A stretch of DNA of 64,000 nt from Candidatus Cloacimonadota bacterium (GTDB lineage Bacteria > Cloacimonadota > Cloacimonadia > G963667145), in NCBI GenBank assembly GCA_963667255.1, contig OY762940.1, positions 256,001-320,000 on the forward strand, in the 5' to 3' direction. The translations under genes and the position numbers were made by a program. Position 1 is the stretch's first letter, and each line of letters starts with the position of its first letter. A model generated the notes under the pieces. That model was not told where the DNA came from. It did not search any database and saw only the letters and a program-made list of their open reading frames with translations. Positions 9,403-20,105 of this stretch are shown one piece after another.

Positions 9403-10929
9403 ATGGTTATGGAAAGAAACTCGGTCGCCATAGAGATGCGGAATGCAACCAAAATCTTCGGTTCTTTCGTGGCAAATGACAAAATCAATCTGAAAGTCAT
9501 GAAAGGTGAGATTCATGCCATTCTCGGAGAAAACGGAGCTGGGAAATCGACTTTGATGAATATGCTTTACGGTCTCTACAGCCTCACCAGCGGCTCTATC
9601 CTCGTCGAAGGGGTAGAAAAAAAATTCAAATCTCCATCTGATGCGATTGCTTGTGGTATCGGGATGGTTCATCAGCACTTCATGCTCATCAAGCCGTTCA
9701 CTATAACGCAGAACATCATTCTCGGGTCGGAAGTTACCAAGAGATACGGGATTTTGGACTATCACAAAGCTAAAGAGAAAATCGTAGAACTTTCCCAAAA
9801 ATACAGGTTAAACATCGACCCCGATGCCAAAATCAACCAAATTTCCGTGGGAATGCAACAGAGAGTCGAAATCTTGAAAGCTCTCTACCGCGATGCCAAC
9901 ACCCTCATCTTGGACGAGCCAACCGCCGTGCTAACCCCGCAGGAAATCACGGAACTTGGCAAGATTATGAAATCGCTGACTGCCGAAGGGAAAAGCATCA
10001 TTTTCATTTCTCACAAGCTGAAAGAGATAAAAGAGTTGGCGGATAAATGCACAGTAGTCCGCAAGGGAAAGGTAATCGACACAATAGATGTAGCGAACGC
10101 CTCCATCCAAGAGATGGCAACTATGATGGTCGGACGACCGGTAATCTTGAATGTGGACAAGGGCGAAAAACCGCAAGAGGAAATTCCTCTGCTGGAAATC
10201 AAGAATCTTTGCGTTAGAAACGAAAAAAATCTCTTGGCTGTTGACCATCTCAACCTCACTGCATACAAAGGCGAAATCTTGGGACTGGCTGGTATAGACG
10301 GAAACGGGCAAACGGAATTTGTGCAAGCTCTCACCGGACTGATGCCGACAGAGAGCGGACAAATATTAATCAACAATGAGGATATAACTGGCTGTTCTCC
10401 CAAGGAAGTGAATGTCCACGGCATCGGGCACATCCCTAGCGACAGACAAAAGCACGGGCTTGTTTTGGAATATTCGGTGCAAGACAACACAATCCTGCAA
10501 TCTTACAACTCGGGGTTGTATTCAAAAAAATGCATCCTGCAAAAAAATGTCATCAAAGACCATGCGAAAAAACTTATCGAGAGCTTCGACATCAGACCAA
10601 CGGACGAGAACAAAGCAGCTCGTGACCTCTCGGGCGGTAACCAACAAAAAGTGATTTTGGCGAGAGAGATAGACTCTTCTCCCGATTTGCTGATAGCCTG
10701 TCAACCTACCAGAGGACTGGATGTTGGTGCTATTGAGTATATCCAAAAATCTCTAATCGAACACAAAAAAGCGGGCAAAACCATTCTCTTGGTATCCCTC
10801 GAATTGGACGAAGTTATGAACCTGTCCGACCGTATCGCCGTTATCCATTCCGGAAAAATCGTCGGAATAGTTGACGGAGACAAATGCGACAGAAACCAAA
10901 TCGGCTTAATGATGTCAGGAGGGTGTTAA
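9403..10929 (+). CDS. Nucleoside ABC transporter ATP-binding protein (NupO/YufO-like, two NBDs)
   Basis: GENGAGKS, GMVHQHF, VGMQQRVEILKALY, LSGGNQQK, QPTRGLDVGA. Confidence 0.9.
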   Translation: MVMERNSVAIEMRNATKIFGSFVANDKINLKVMKGEIHAILGENGAGKSTLMNMLYGLYSLTSGSILVEGVEKKFKSPSDAIACGIGMVHQHFMLIKPFTITQNIILGSEVTKRYGILDYHKAKEKIVELSQKYRLNIDPDAKINQISVGMQQRVEILKALYRDANTLILDEPTAVLTPQEITELGKIMKSLTAEGKSIIFISHKLKEIKELADKCTVVRKGKVIDTIDVANASIQEMATMMVGRPVILNVDKGEKPQEEIPLLEIKNLCVRNEKNLLAVDHLNLTAYKGEILGLAGIDGNGQTEFVQALTGLMPTESGQILINNEDITGCSPKEVNVHGIGHIPSDRQKHGLVLEYSVQDNTILQSYNSGLYSKKCILQKNVIKDHAKKLIESFDIRPTDENKAARDLSGGNQQKVILAREIDSSPDLLIACQPTRGLDVGAIEYIQKSLIEHKKAGKTILLVSLELDEVMNLSDRIAVIHSGKIVGIVDGDKCDRNQIGLMMSGGC

Positions 10930-10933
10930 TATT

Positions 10934-12067
10934 ATGGAATTTTTTAAAAGAATAAAATCGTTCATCAGTAGCAACCCGAAACTTTTTCCCCTCATCTCCA
11001 TCATCATAGGACTCGTAAGCGGAGGCATCGTGCTATTGCTGGCGGGATACAACCCGTTCCAAGCGTATGGCGTAATCCTCTGGGGAATTTTCGGCAAAGT
11101 CAGCTACCTCAGCTACACCATCGTGAAAGCGACTCCGCTCATTCTCACCGGCTTGTCCATCACCTTTGCTTTCCGCACGGGACTCTTCAACATCGGCTCG
11201 GAAGGACAATTCATCATGGGCACCATCGTAGCTGCAATCTTCGGCTCAATGTTTTCCATGCCAATTTATCTGCACATCCCTTTTATCCTGATAATGACTA
11301 TCGCCATCACGGGATTATTCGGAGCTGTTATCGGCTTTTTGAAAGCTCGTTTCGGCGTGCACGAGGTCATCACATCTATCATGATGAACTGGATTGCCCT
11401 CTACCTCAGGAACTACTTCGTCAGGGTCTCTTGGTTAGCCAAACCCAATAGCGAACAAACGAAATTCATTTTCGATTCCGCTGTGATTACATTTTTTGAC
11501 AAGTTCAAGATGAGTAATGAAGGTATCGAGTGGCTTCGTCATCATCCGTTTTGCAAGGAACTGCTCCGAGCTCCCACCAATGCAGGCATCCTCATCGCCA
11601 TCGTGGCGGTCATCGTAGTTTTCCTCATCCTCAATAAAACCACCTTGGGTTACCGCCTCAAAGCTGTGGGTTTCAATCCCGACGCAGCCAAATACGGCGG
11701 AATAAATGTCAATAAGAGTTTCGTAACCTCAATGTTTATCGCAGGCTCTCTCTCGGGATTAGCCGGAGCGTTGCAAGTTATGGCAGTTTCCCACAATATC
11801 AGCATTTTGTCCGTGATGGAAGGTTACGGATTTGACGGTATCGCCGTGGCTCTGATAGGCGGTAGCACAGCCCTCGGCAACCTCTGGGCAGGTATATTTT
11901 TCGGGGCACTCAAATACGGTGGCACCAAGCTGCAACCTATGATGGGTGCACCATTCGAGATTATTAATATTATGATAGGCGTAATCGTTTTCTTCGTCGC
12001 TATGCCCAAAGTCATCCCCTATCTTATTTCGCTTTTCGACAAAAAAGGAGAGAAAAATGCTAAGTAA
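10934..12067 (+). CDS. Nucleoside ABC transporter permease (NupP/YufP-like)
   Basis: GLFNIGSEGQ, HEVITSIMMNW, GFDGIAVAL. Confidence 0.9.
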   Translation: MEFFKRIKSFISSNPKLFPLISIIIGLVSGGIVLLLAGYNPFQAYGVILWGIFGKVSYLSYTIVKATPLILTGLSITFAFRTGLFNIGSEGQFIMGTIVAAIFGSMFSMPIYLHIPFILIMTIAITGLFGAVIGFLKARFGVHEVITSIMMNWIALYLRNYFVRVSWLAKPNSEQTKFIFDSAVITFFDKFKMSNEGIEWLRHHPFCKELLRAPTNAGILIAIVAVIVVFLILNKTTLGYRLKAVGFNPDAAKYGGINVNKSFVTSMFIAGSLSGLAGALQVMAVSHNISILSVMEGYGFDGIAVALIGGSTALGNLWAGIFFGALKYGGTKLQPMMGAPFEIINIMIGVIVFFVAMPKVIPYLISLFDKKGEKNAK

Positions 12068-12998
12068 TATTGCTCTTATTATCGGCACGACTTTTATGTA
12101 TGCAACTCCTTTGATTTATTGTGCATTGGCAGGAGTAGTAAGTGAAAAATCAGGTGTAGTGAACATCGGACTAGAAGGGATGATGACCATCGGTGCTTTC
12201 ATCGGTGCAGCCTGCGGAGTCTATATGGGTGACCCGTTCCTTGCTTTTCTTTTTGCGGGAATAGCCGGCGGTCTGATGGGCTTGCTCCACGCTTTAGCCT
12301 GTGTGAGCTTCTCCGCCGACCAAGTAGTCTCCGGTGTTGCCATCAACTTCCTCGGTCCCGGGCTTGCTCTTTTCCTCTCTAGATTAATGTTCCACGGTGC
12401 TACGACAACGCCTTCTGTTACTCTATCAGACAAAATGCCTAGAATTTTGTCTGGCGTTTTCCCCGGAAAATCTTTCCTCTACTACATCTTCGACAATATG
12501 TATGCGACAACATACATCGCTCTACTTTTGGTTGTCATCACTTGGTTCGTCTTAAATAAAACCGTATTGGGACTGAGACTCTGTGCAGTCGGAGAACATC
12601 CTGCAGCCGCTCAAACTGTCGGCATCAATGTCCTCAAAATCAGATATTGGTCGGTAGTAACTTCGGGAATTTTGTCAGGTTTCGGAGGTGCATCTCTCAG
12701 CCTTGCCATAGTTTCCAACTTCCGTCCGACTCTTGTTTCCGGACAAGGATTTATCGCTCTGGCAGCCGTGATTTTTGGGAAATGGAAGCCTTTTGGTGCT
12801 CTCTGGGCATGCCTTTTGTTCGGATTTGCACAAGCTCTGGTAATCTTCCTCGGGCAATATCACCAACTAAACCTTCCGACCGATTTATTGAATATGCTTC
12901 CGTATGTTTTGACCATTGTCATTTTGGTCTATTTCGTCGGAAAATCTGTAGCTCCATCCGCTGACGGTGTTCCTTTTGAAAAAGAACAAAAAATATAA
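12057..12998 (+). CDS. Nucleoside ABC transporter permease (NupQ/YufQ-like)
   Basis: SEKSGVVNIGLEG, AVGEHP, GFIALAAVIFGKWKP, LPYVLT. Confidence 0.9.
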   Translation: MLSNIALIIGTTFMYATPLIYCALAGVVSEKSGVVNIGLEGMMTIGAFIGAACGVYMGDPFLAFLFAGIAGGLMGLLHALACVSFSADQVVSGVAINFLGPGLALFLSRLMFHGATTTPSVTLSDKMPRILSGVFPGKSFLYYIFDNMYATTYIALLLVVITWFVLNKTVLGLRLCAVGEHPAAAQTVGINVLKIRYWSVVTSGILSGFGGASLSLAIVSNFRPTLVSGQGFIALAAVIFGKWKPFGALWACLLFGFAQALVIFLGQYHQLNLPTDLLNMLPYVLTIVILVYFVGKSVAPSADGVPFEKEQKI

Positions 12999-13007
12999 GG
13001 AGGTAAA

Positions 13008-14624
13008 ATGAAAAAAATATTTTTACCCATTGTTTGTATTCTTTCCTTAATTCTTGTAAGTTGTGCAGGAATAAGTGCTAATGCAAGCAACCCAAAAAAC
13101 GAAAATAAACTGGTAATTTTGCACACCAATGATCACCACGGACACCCTTTAGCTTTTTATGATTATCCATGTCCCGACCAAGGCGGATTGCCGGCAAGAG
13201 CCACATTTATCAAAAGTGTTAGAGATGAATACTCTAATGTCTTGGTATTGGATGCCGGAGATATCAACACTGGAAGAGCAGAGTCTAATTTCTTTGACGC
13301 TCAACCGGATATAATCGGCTACAACTACATCGGCTACGATGCCATGGCAGTGGGAAATCATGAATTTGACCCGTCTCCTGCCAAAATGCAAAAGCAAATT
13401 AAATCTTCCAAATTCCCTTGGCTCTGTGCCAATATTAGCAAAGACGGCAAACCTCTGGCAGGGATAGAACCATACATTATCAAAAATGTAAATGGCACAA
13501 AAGTGGCAATTTTAGGACTTATCGACCCTAATACCTACATGACGGGAAACCCACAAAATATCAAAGACATAGAATTTGCTGACCCTGTAGAAACTGCCAA
13601 AAAATTAGTTCCAATACTAAAAACTAAAGCCGATATCATCGTCGCTTTGGTTCACCTTGGGACTTACAATCCGTTTTTCACCAAAGAAAAAGCAACCGGT
13701 AGCGTTCTCTTGGCACAAGAGGTAAACGATATAGATTTGATTATTGACGGGCATTCTCACACCAAAATGAAAGAGCCGCTCGAAATAGAGAACAAATACA
13801 GCAAGAAAAAAATTCCTATCGTGCAAGTCGGATGTTGGGGATTGTATGTCGGTAAAGCCATTTTGACTCTTGACGAGCAAAAGAAAATTTCCTCTATGAA
13901 CTGGGAACCTTGCCCAATTAATGTTCAATATGTAGAAAAAAAAGACGGAAAAAAGATTACTCTTTATGCCGGAGAAAAAATCGAAAAAGACCCTGTATTA
14001 TTAAAAAAATTGTCTAAATACAAAGAAAAAGTCGATGCTTTTCTTTCCAAGAAAATTGGTGTTGCCAAAGAGACTTTTTCAAACAAAGAATCTAGAGAAA
14101 AAGAAACCGCTTTAGCAAATATGGTTTGCGATGGTCAAATGTGGTATTTGAACTCAATCGGCATCAAAAATGTCCACTTCTTCTTCCAAAACGGAGGAGG
14201 CATCAGGACAACTCTCGGCAAAGGAGATATCCAAAAATCTACTATCTATGAGATTTTGCCGTTTGACAACACCATCGTAACTCTCAAAATCAAAGGCGAA
14301 GATTTGCTCAAATTCTTTGAACAAGCCGCTACCAACATCGGCAAAGGAGCTATGCCACAAATTTCCAAAGAGGTTAATTTGGTAATCAATAGTGGGAAAC
14401 TCGTTTCCGCTACCATTGACGGCAACGAAATTCATGCCGAAAGATTCTACACCATAGCAACGAACTCATATATCGCTGCTGGTGGTGACGGCTATAGTAT
14501 TTTGAAGGAAAAAGGATTTGATAACTACGATACCTCTGTTATGCAAAGAGATGCGATTATTGAATACATTTCCGCTCAAAAAGAAATTATACCAAAAACT
14601 GATAATAGAATCAAAACCAATTAA
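13008..14624 (+). CDS. 5'-nucleotidase/UDP-sugar hydrolase (UshA-like) lipoprotein
   Basis: Lipobox LVSC; HTNDHHG, DAGD, GNHEFD, GHSH; C-terminal NGGGIR, LPFDN, GGDGY. Confidence 0.92.
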   Translation: MKKIFLPIVCILSLILVSCAGISANASNPKNENKLVILHTNDHHGHPLAFYDYPCPDQGGLPARATFIKSVRDEYSNVLVLDAGDINTGRAESNFFDAQPDIIGYNYIGYDAMAVGNHEFDPSPAKMQKQIKSSKFPWLCANISKDGKPLAGIEPYIIKNVNGTKVAILGLIDPNTYMTGNPQNIKDIEFADPVETAKKLVPILKTKADIIVALVHLGTYNPFFTKEKATGSVLLAQEVNDIDLIIDGHSHTKMKEPLEIENKYSKKKIPIVQVGCWGLYVGKAILTLDEQKKISSMNWEPCPINVQYVEKKDGKKITLYAGEKIEKDPVLLKKLSKYKEKVDAFLSKKIGVAKETFSNKESREKETALANMVCDGQMWYLNSIGIKNVHFFFQNGGGIRTTLGKGDIQKSTIYEILPFDNTIVTLKIKGEDLLKFFEQAATNIGKGAMPQISKEVNLVINSGKLVSATIDGNEIHAERFYTIATNSYIAAGGDGYSILKEKGFDNYDTSVMQRDAIIEYISAQKEIIPKTDNRIKTN

Positions 14625-14638
14625 GATAAGGAGAGAAC

Positions 14639-15664
14639 ATGAAAAAAGTACTCATTTCTTTGTTACTGGTAGTTTCTTTGCTTTTTGTCTTCGGCTGTAA
14701 AGAAGAGAAAATCGCAGAAGAACCGGTAATAAAAGTAGCAATGGTAACTGATGTAGGAGGAGTTAACGACCAATCTTTTAACCAATCAGCTTGGGAAGGT
14801 CTGAAAAAAGCCAAAGAAGATTTGGGCATAGAGGTCAGCTATGTAGAGTCTAAACAAGATGCCGATTATTCGTCTAACTTGGAAACAATGTTGGATGCCA
14901 AAAACGACATCATCTGGGGTATCGGGTTCAAAATGGCTGATGTCATTATGGAAGCTGCTACCAAAAATCCTGACCAAAAATACGGGATTATCGATTTCAG
15001 CTATGGAGATAAAGCTCCCAGCAACATTATCTGTGTGATGTTCAAAGAGCAAGAAGCCAGTTTCTTGACCGGTTACATTGCTGCCAAAATGAGCAAAACC
15101 AAAATTATCGGTTTCGTCGGCGGCATGGATGTGCCTGTAATTCACCGTTTCAAATACGGATTTTTAGCCGGTGCAAAATACGCTGATCCTACCATCACTA
15201 TTTTGGACCAATATGCAGCCAGTTTCTCCGATGCTGCCAAAGGCAAAGCTATTGCCAACCAAATGTATAAAAACAATGCCGATGTCGTAATGCACGCAGC
15301 AGGCGGAGTTGGTGACGGCGTAATCGAAGCTGCCAAAGAGAAAGGCAAAATGGCTATCGGCGTGGACAGAGACCAAAACGACTTGGCTCCTGAAAATGTC
15401 ATTACATCCTCTATGAAAGAGGTAGGAAAAGCTATCTATAATGTTAGCGAAGCCTATACCAAAGGCGAATGGGCTGGCGGTCAAACCGTGCTTTACGGTA
15501 TAAAAGAGCAAGGCGTTGATATTGCTCCTACCACCGATAAGCATGTTCCCGCTGAAATTCTCCAAGAAGTAGAGAGCATCAAAAAAGAGATTGTTGACGG
15601 CAAAATCGTTGCTCCGGCTTCAGAAGAAGCTTACAACGAATTTTTGAAAACCATCAATAAATAA
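14639..15664 (+). CDS. BMP family (PnrA/TmpC-like) nucleoside-binding lipoprotein
   Basis: Lipobox VFGC; GGVNDQSFNQSAWEG, AIGVDRDQ. Confidence 0.92.
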   Translation: MKKVLISLLLVVSLLFVFGCKEEKIAEEPVIKVAMVTDVGGVNDQSFNQSAWEGLKKAKEDLGIEVSYVESKQDADYSSNLETMLDAKNDIIWGIGFKMADVIMEAATKNPDQKYGIIDFSYGDKAPSNIICVMFKEQEASFLTGYIAAKMSKTKIIGFVGGMDVPVIHRFKYGFLAGAKYADPTITILDQYAASFSDAAKGKAIANQMYKNNADVVMHAAGGVGDGVIEAAKEKGKMAIGVDRDQNDLAPENVITSSMKEVGKAIYNVSEAYTKGEWAGGQTVLYGIKEQGVDIAPTTDKHVPAEILQEVESIKKEIVDGKIVAPASEEAYNEFLKTINK

Positions 15665-15680
15665 GAAGTTTGCAAATCTC

Positions 15681-15713
15681 AGGCAGTAACCAAATCAGGT
15701 TGCTGCCTTTTTT
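15681..15713 (+). terminator. Intrinsic terminator of the nucleoside uptake operon
   Basis: AGGCAGTAACC/GGTTGCTGCCT stem followed by a T-run. Confidence 0.8.
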
Positions 15714-15802
15714 ATTGTCGCTTTCCCCATTTAAAAAAAGTAATCCCAATTTCCTCTTGACTTCGTTCCAAATCTGAAAATCTTCGGGGCGGTTTAGAGA
15801 AG

Positions 15803-17554
15803 ATGAAGAACTATTTTTACAGAAGCACAATTATTTTTTTATCTTTTGTATTTTTTGTCGCACTTTATGCCGAACAAAATTCCGAAGATTATGAGACACC
15901 TGAATACAATTCACTGCTATACTACGAAGTTTTCCCCTTGGATATTCGTTCGGCTACAGTTGATGACTGGGAAAATTTCTATTTCCTATCCGCAGAGCAA
16001 ATCAAAAAGCTTTCATCGTCCACATTAAGCGAAAAATCCGACCTCTACAAAATCGGTTTGGATTCCGCAACTGTCGAGGAATTATTGCCCTACATCACAA
16101 CCGATTTGGGCTCTATCTATTTGCTGACCAGAGCCGTAAACCAAGAAAATAAGCACGACTATTCCAGCTATGTGGCAACGAGCGAAAAGCTATTTTTCAG
16201 TTTCAAAAATTCTCGCTTCGGCTTCCTCGCCCAAAAAGATGCAGGAGAAACAAACTGCCTCGACTACAAAAACTGGTTCTTCCAACAAAAAGAGCTGCCC
16301 TATATCTCCAATGTAATTTTCGGCTCATACAAAATGCGGTTGGGTCAAGGAATCGTTTTCGGAGACCGCTACGCCAACACAATCTCAGCACTTTCCACAC
16401 AATCTCCTATCGTCTCCTCCGACAAAATCGCACCCTACACTTCCTTCACAGAGCAATGGTATTTGCACGGACTCACCTTCACCGGCAAAATCGCCAACTT
16501 CAGCTTTTCTCCATACTACAGCAAAAGCAAATTGGACATCAACCTCAAAAACGACTCAATCAGCTCCTTCGACGAATCCGGCTACCACGACAAATCTTCT
16601 CCAACCACCAACTTTGAAATCTTGGGACTCTACTCCCAGTGGACAACCGACTACTTGGGAATTGGCTACAATACTGCCGATTTCAGCTTTGGCAAACCAT
16701 TTTACGACAATGAGAAAGCCCAAAAATATCAAGCACACGCTTTGGATTTCCGCTACAAATTGGGCAACTCAATATATTTCAGTGAATACGCCGAAATTGA
16801 CGATAAAACCGCCAAACTCTTTGGTCTAAAGACAACTCACGACAACCTCACACAAACACTAATCTACCGCAATTATCAAAAAGGATTGCCGACATACCTC
16901 GGACGACCTGTCAGCCAAACTACCAGTTTTGACAATCAAAAAGGGATTTACTACGGATGCCTGTGGGAGCCAATCGCAAAATTCAAGCTAAACTTCTATC
17001 TGGACTTGTGGGAAACACCCGAAACCTCCAACGAAGCTGAGATGCCACTCAGCGGACAAGAGTATCTCATCTGGGCTCGCTACCAATCCAAAAGAAACTA
17101 TTTCAGCATAGAATACAAAAATCAAGAAAAAGGGCAACTCCTCTCCACTGACAAAATCGGCGACCAAAAAATCTCCAATTACAAAATAGATTTTCATCAC
17201 GAACTAAACAAATATTGGAAATTCAAAATCCGCTACAACTACCGCATTTTTCAGGAAACAGAATCCCAATCTGGTTACCTCACTTACGGAGAAATCATCT
17301 TCCGGCTCAAAAAATTATCCCTACACCACCGCATCTGCTATTACAACTCAAACACGCTCGTCTATATGTATCAGCAAGGCGTGGACGGAACGATGCTCAC
17401 CTCCAGCTACAAAGGCGAAGACATCTATTACTATTTCCTCGCCAGTAGCAAAATTTTGCCCCTCACCAAATTGCAAGTCAAATACTCAAACTACCGCACC
17501 AAAACAAAATCTAAAGAGTTTACTTTCCAACTCCAATTGTCAAAAAACTTCTAA
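15803..17554 (+). CDS. Exported protein with ComEA-like helix-hairpin-helix region and probable beta-barrel
   Basis: Signal peptide; LDIRSAT...FLSAEQI...DLYKIGL...LLPYI; QKDAGE, GSYKMRLGQG; strand-rich C-terminus ending in Phe. Confidence 0.65.
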   Translation: MKNYFYRSTIIFLSFVFFVALYAEQNSEDYETPEYNSLLYYEVFPLDIRSATVDDWENFYFLSAEQIKKLSSSTLSEKSDLYKIGLDSATVEELLPYITTDLGSIYLLTRAVNQENKHDYSSYVATSEKLFFSFKNSRFGFLAQKDAGETNCLDYKNWFFQQKELPYISNVIFGSYKMRLGQGIVFGDRYANTISALSTQSPIVSSDKIAPYTSFTEQWYLHGLTFTGKIANFSFSPYYSKSKLDINLKNDSISSFDESGYHDKSSPTTNFEILGLYSQWTTDYLGIGYNTADFSFGKPFYDNEKAQKYQAHALDFRYKLGNSIYFSEYAEIDDKTAKLFGLKTTHDNLTQTLIYRNYQKGLPTYLGRPVSQTTSFDNQKGIYYGCLWEPIAKFKLNFYLDLWETPETSNEAEMPLSGQEYLIWARYQSKRNYFSIEYKNQEKGQLLSTDKIGDQKISNYKIDFHHELNKYWKFKIRYNYRIFQETESQSGYLTYGEIIFRLKKLSLHHRICYYNSNTLVYMYQQGVDGTMLTSSYKGEDIYYYFLASSKILPLTKLQVKYSNYRTKTKSKEFTFQLQLSKNF

Positions 17555-17809
17555 ACTCGTTTTTCATTGAAAACAAGTGAAATACATTTTTCTCTTATTT
17601 CCTTAAATTTAGTTTTTCAGTGCCGTATCTTATTTATATATCGACAAATAACGAACTCAGAAAAAAGTAAATTTCTCTTTACATATTTTCGTAAAATATT
17701 CTTTTCGTAATATCTGACTATAAATCAATAAATTAGCAAGATAAAAAATAAATTTAACCTTTCCGTAATATTTCTTAACTTATTGAATTTTAAAGGAATA
17801 AAGAGAAGA

Positions 17810-19006
17810 ATGATTTTCCGTTTGAGAAAAGTTTTAACAATCGTTTTTGTTTTGGGATTTTCACTCCTTTCCGCAGGAGCTCTGAAAAAAATTGATTACT
17901 CTCAATCTCCCGTTTTCAAAGACGATATGAACTATAAAAATTTGCGGACATCTATCTGCCAAAGCTTGAACTATTTGGACAGAATTCCCGAGAATGTGAG
18001 ATTCCGTTTTGGTAGCGATGTTTACACCTCTGCTCAAATGAAATCTTCTCTCAGATTTTTCTTGGAATACTTGGAAGGCAGCCCGTTGCCCGAGCAGATG
18101 AGCGACTTCATCAACGCCTTTTACAATATTTATGTGTCAACCGGTCAAAACGGCAACGAAGATATGCTCTTCACCGCCTATTGTCAACCAGTCATCAAAG
18201 GCAGCTTGACCAAAACCGAAAAATACTCCGTGCCAATTTGTTCCAAGCCTGCCGACCTTGTGCAAAAAAGAGTCGATGGCAAATGGAGAGTGGGTCGCTA
18301 TTCCCAAAACGGCGAATTTGTGCCTTACTACACCAGAGCACAAATCAACGAACTGAACATCTTGGAAGAAAAAGCCACTCCAATCGCATGGGTCGAGACA
18401 AAATTGGACAGACTGTATTTGGAAATCGAAGGCTCAGGAGATATCCTTTTGCAAAGCGGAAATACGCTCCATGTGCAATATCAAATCAAAAACGGACACC
18501 CATACAGCAGTGTCGGTAGATATATGATGAAATACAAAAATTTGCCTGCTAACCAAGTCGGCATCTTGCACTTGAAAAAATACTTTACCCAACATCCCGA
18601 TGAACTTCAACAAATTTTGAACATAAACAAAAGTTTCGTATTCTTCACAAGAGGCAACGGGACATCCATCGGATGCCTTAATGTCCCTATCACTCCCGGC
18701 AGGACTATCGCCACAGACCGCTCTATATTTCCGGCTGCAGCACTGGGATTTATCCAAAGCAAAAAGCCGATAGTCGATAACCAAAACAATGTAAAAGGTT
18801 GGGAAAGTTTCGGCAGATTTGTGCTAAATCAAGACACAGGCGGAGCGATAAAAGGTGCAGGTCGCGGAGATATTTATTTCGGTGGCGGTCAATATGCCGA
18901 AATCGCAGCAAGCACTCTGAAACATTCTGGCAAAATGTATTTTATGGTTCTGAAGCCTCACATCGATTTGGCAAAATATTCAAGCGAGTTGTTGGTGCAA
19001 AAATAG
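17810..19006 (+). CDS. mltA: Membrane-bound lytic murein transglycosylase A
   Basis: FTAYCQP, EIEGSG, NGHPY, SFVFF; 3D domain QDTGGAIKGAGRGDIYFG. Confidence 0.9.
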   Translation: MIFRLRKVLTIVFVLGFSLLSAGALKKIDYSQSPVFKDDMNYKNLRTSICQSLNYLDRIPENVRFRFGSDVYTSAQMKSSLRFFLEYLEGSPLPEQMSDFINAFYNIYVSTGQNGNEDMLFTAYCQPVIKGSLTKTEKYSVPICSKPADLVQKRVDGKWRVGRYSQNGEFVPYYTRAQINELNILEEKATPIAWVETKLDRLYLEIEGSGDILLQSGNTLHVQYQIKNGHPYSSVGRYMMKYKNLPANQVGILHLKKYFTQHPDELQQILNINKSFVFFTRGNGTSIGCLNVPITPGRTIATDRSIFPAAALGFIQSKKPIVDNQNNVKGWESFGRFVLNQDTGGAIKGAGRGDIYFGGGQYAEIAASTLKHSGKMYFMVLKPHIDLAKYSSELLVQK

Positions 19007-19014
19007 TTCCCCAA

Positions 19015-19854
19015 TCAAAAGTGTAGTCGCTCTCCCATATGGAATTTCTTTTGCATCGTCTGAAAAAATGTAACCTTTCCCAACTTCACAAGTTTAACTT
19101 TTTTTGGCGACTTCGTAAAAACAATCCTGTCTCCATCTTGCAAATACAAAAAGTTCTCCCCATCTAACTGCAAAGTCGATTCTTTGCCCACATCTTTCAC
19201 TCTGAACTCAAAAACATCTCCCGCATCAAAAACCATCGGTCGGACAGTCAACAGATGCGGATTTATAGCGTTGACAACCACAGAATCCATCGTCGGATTC
19301 AAAATCGGACCACCAGTAGAAAGATTGTAGCCCGTTGAGCCAGTAGGCGTGGAAATCAAAATCCCGTCAGCACGAGCCTTATAAACGAAATCCTCGTTAT
19401 CAAAAACTTCTACTTCAATCAATTTAGCGTTATGAGCCCTATGAATCACCGCATCGTTCAGCACATGTTTAGTGCCAATGCACTCGGAATCTCTCATCAC
19501 TTTCACTTCCAAAAGCATCCGCTGTTGCAAAGTGAACTCTCCGCTCATCAAAGACAAAATAGCCGATTTCAAATCGTCCAAAACTATCTCCGATAAAAAC
19601 CCCAAGCTGCCAACATTAATCCCCAGCACAGGCAAATCGAATTTCAGAGCTAATTGGCTGGAATATAACATAGTGCCATCTCCTCCGAAAACCAAGAGAA
19701 AATCGACTGGTTCGGAAGATAACTTGATAAATTCGGGATAAATTTCAGATTCGTCGAAACGCACAAATTCAAACTCGTCTTTCAATTCTGACAAAGCCTG
19801 TAACGCCATTTTGATAAACCTGCTATCCTTATTCAACACAACCGCAAATTTCAT
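19015..19854 (-). CDS. nadK: NAD kinase
   Basis: GGDGT, GSLGFL, LND, DGILISTPTGSTGYNLS. Confidence 0.95.
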   Translation of the reverse strand: MKFAVVLNKDSRFIKMALQALSELKDEFEFVRFDESEIYPEFIKLSSEPVDFLLVFGGDGTMLYSSQLALKFDLPVLGINVGSLGFLSEIVLDDLKSAILSLMSGEFTLQQRMLLEVKVMRDSECIGTKHVLNDAVIHRAHNAKLIEVEVFDNEDFVYKARADGILISTPTGSTGYNLSTGGPILNPTMDSVVVNAINPHLLTVRPMVFDAGDVFEFRVKDVGKESTLQLDGENFLYLQDGDRIVFTKSPKKVKLVKLGKVTFFQTMQKKFHMGERLHF

Positions 19855-20105
19855 TTATCTTAACTCCAAAATAAAATAACACCACTTCAAGCTACTATTC
19901 CACTACAACTCCTTACAAAAAACAATCATTCCCAATAGTCAATAAAAACATAGCAAAAAAAATCACATTTCAAAATTGGCTAAACAACAATTCCAACACA
20001 AAATAAACATTTTTTATTTACTCAAACTTCTTGACTAAAAAGATGGTTACCGAGTTTTAAAATTGTATTTTGAAAATTAAAAAAATTTATTTTTAGGAGA
20101 AAAAA

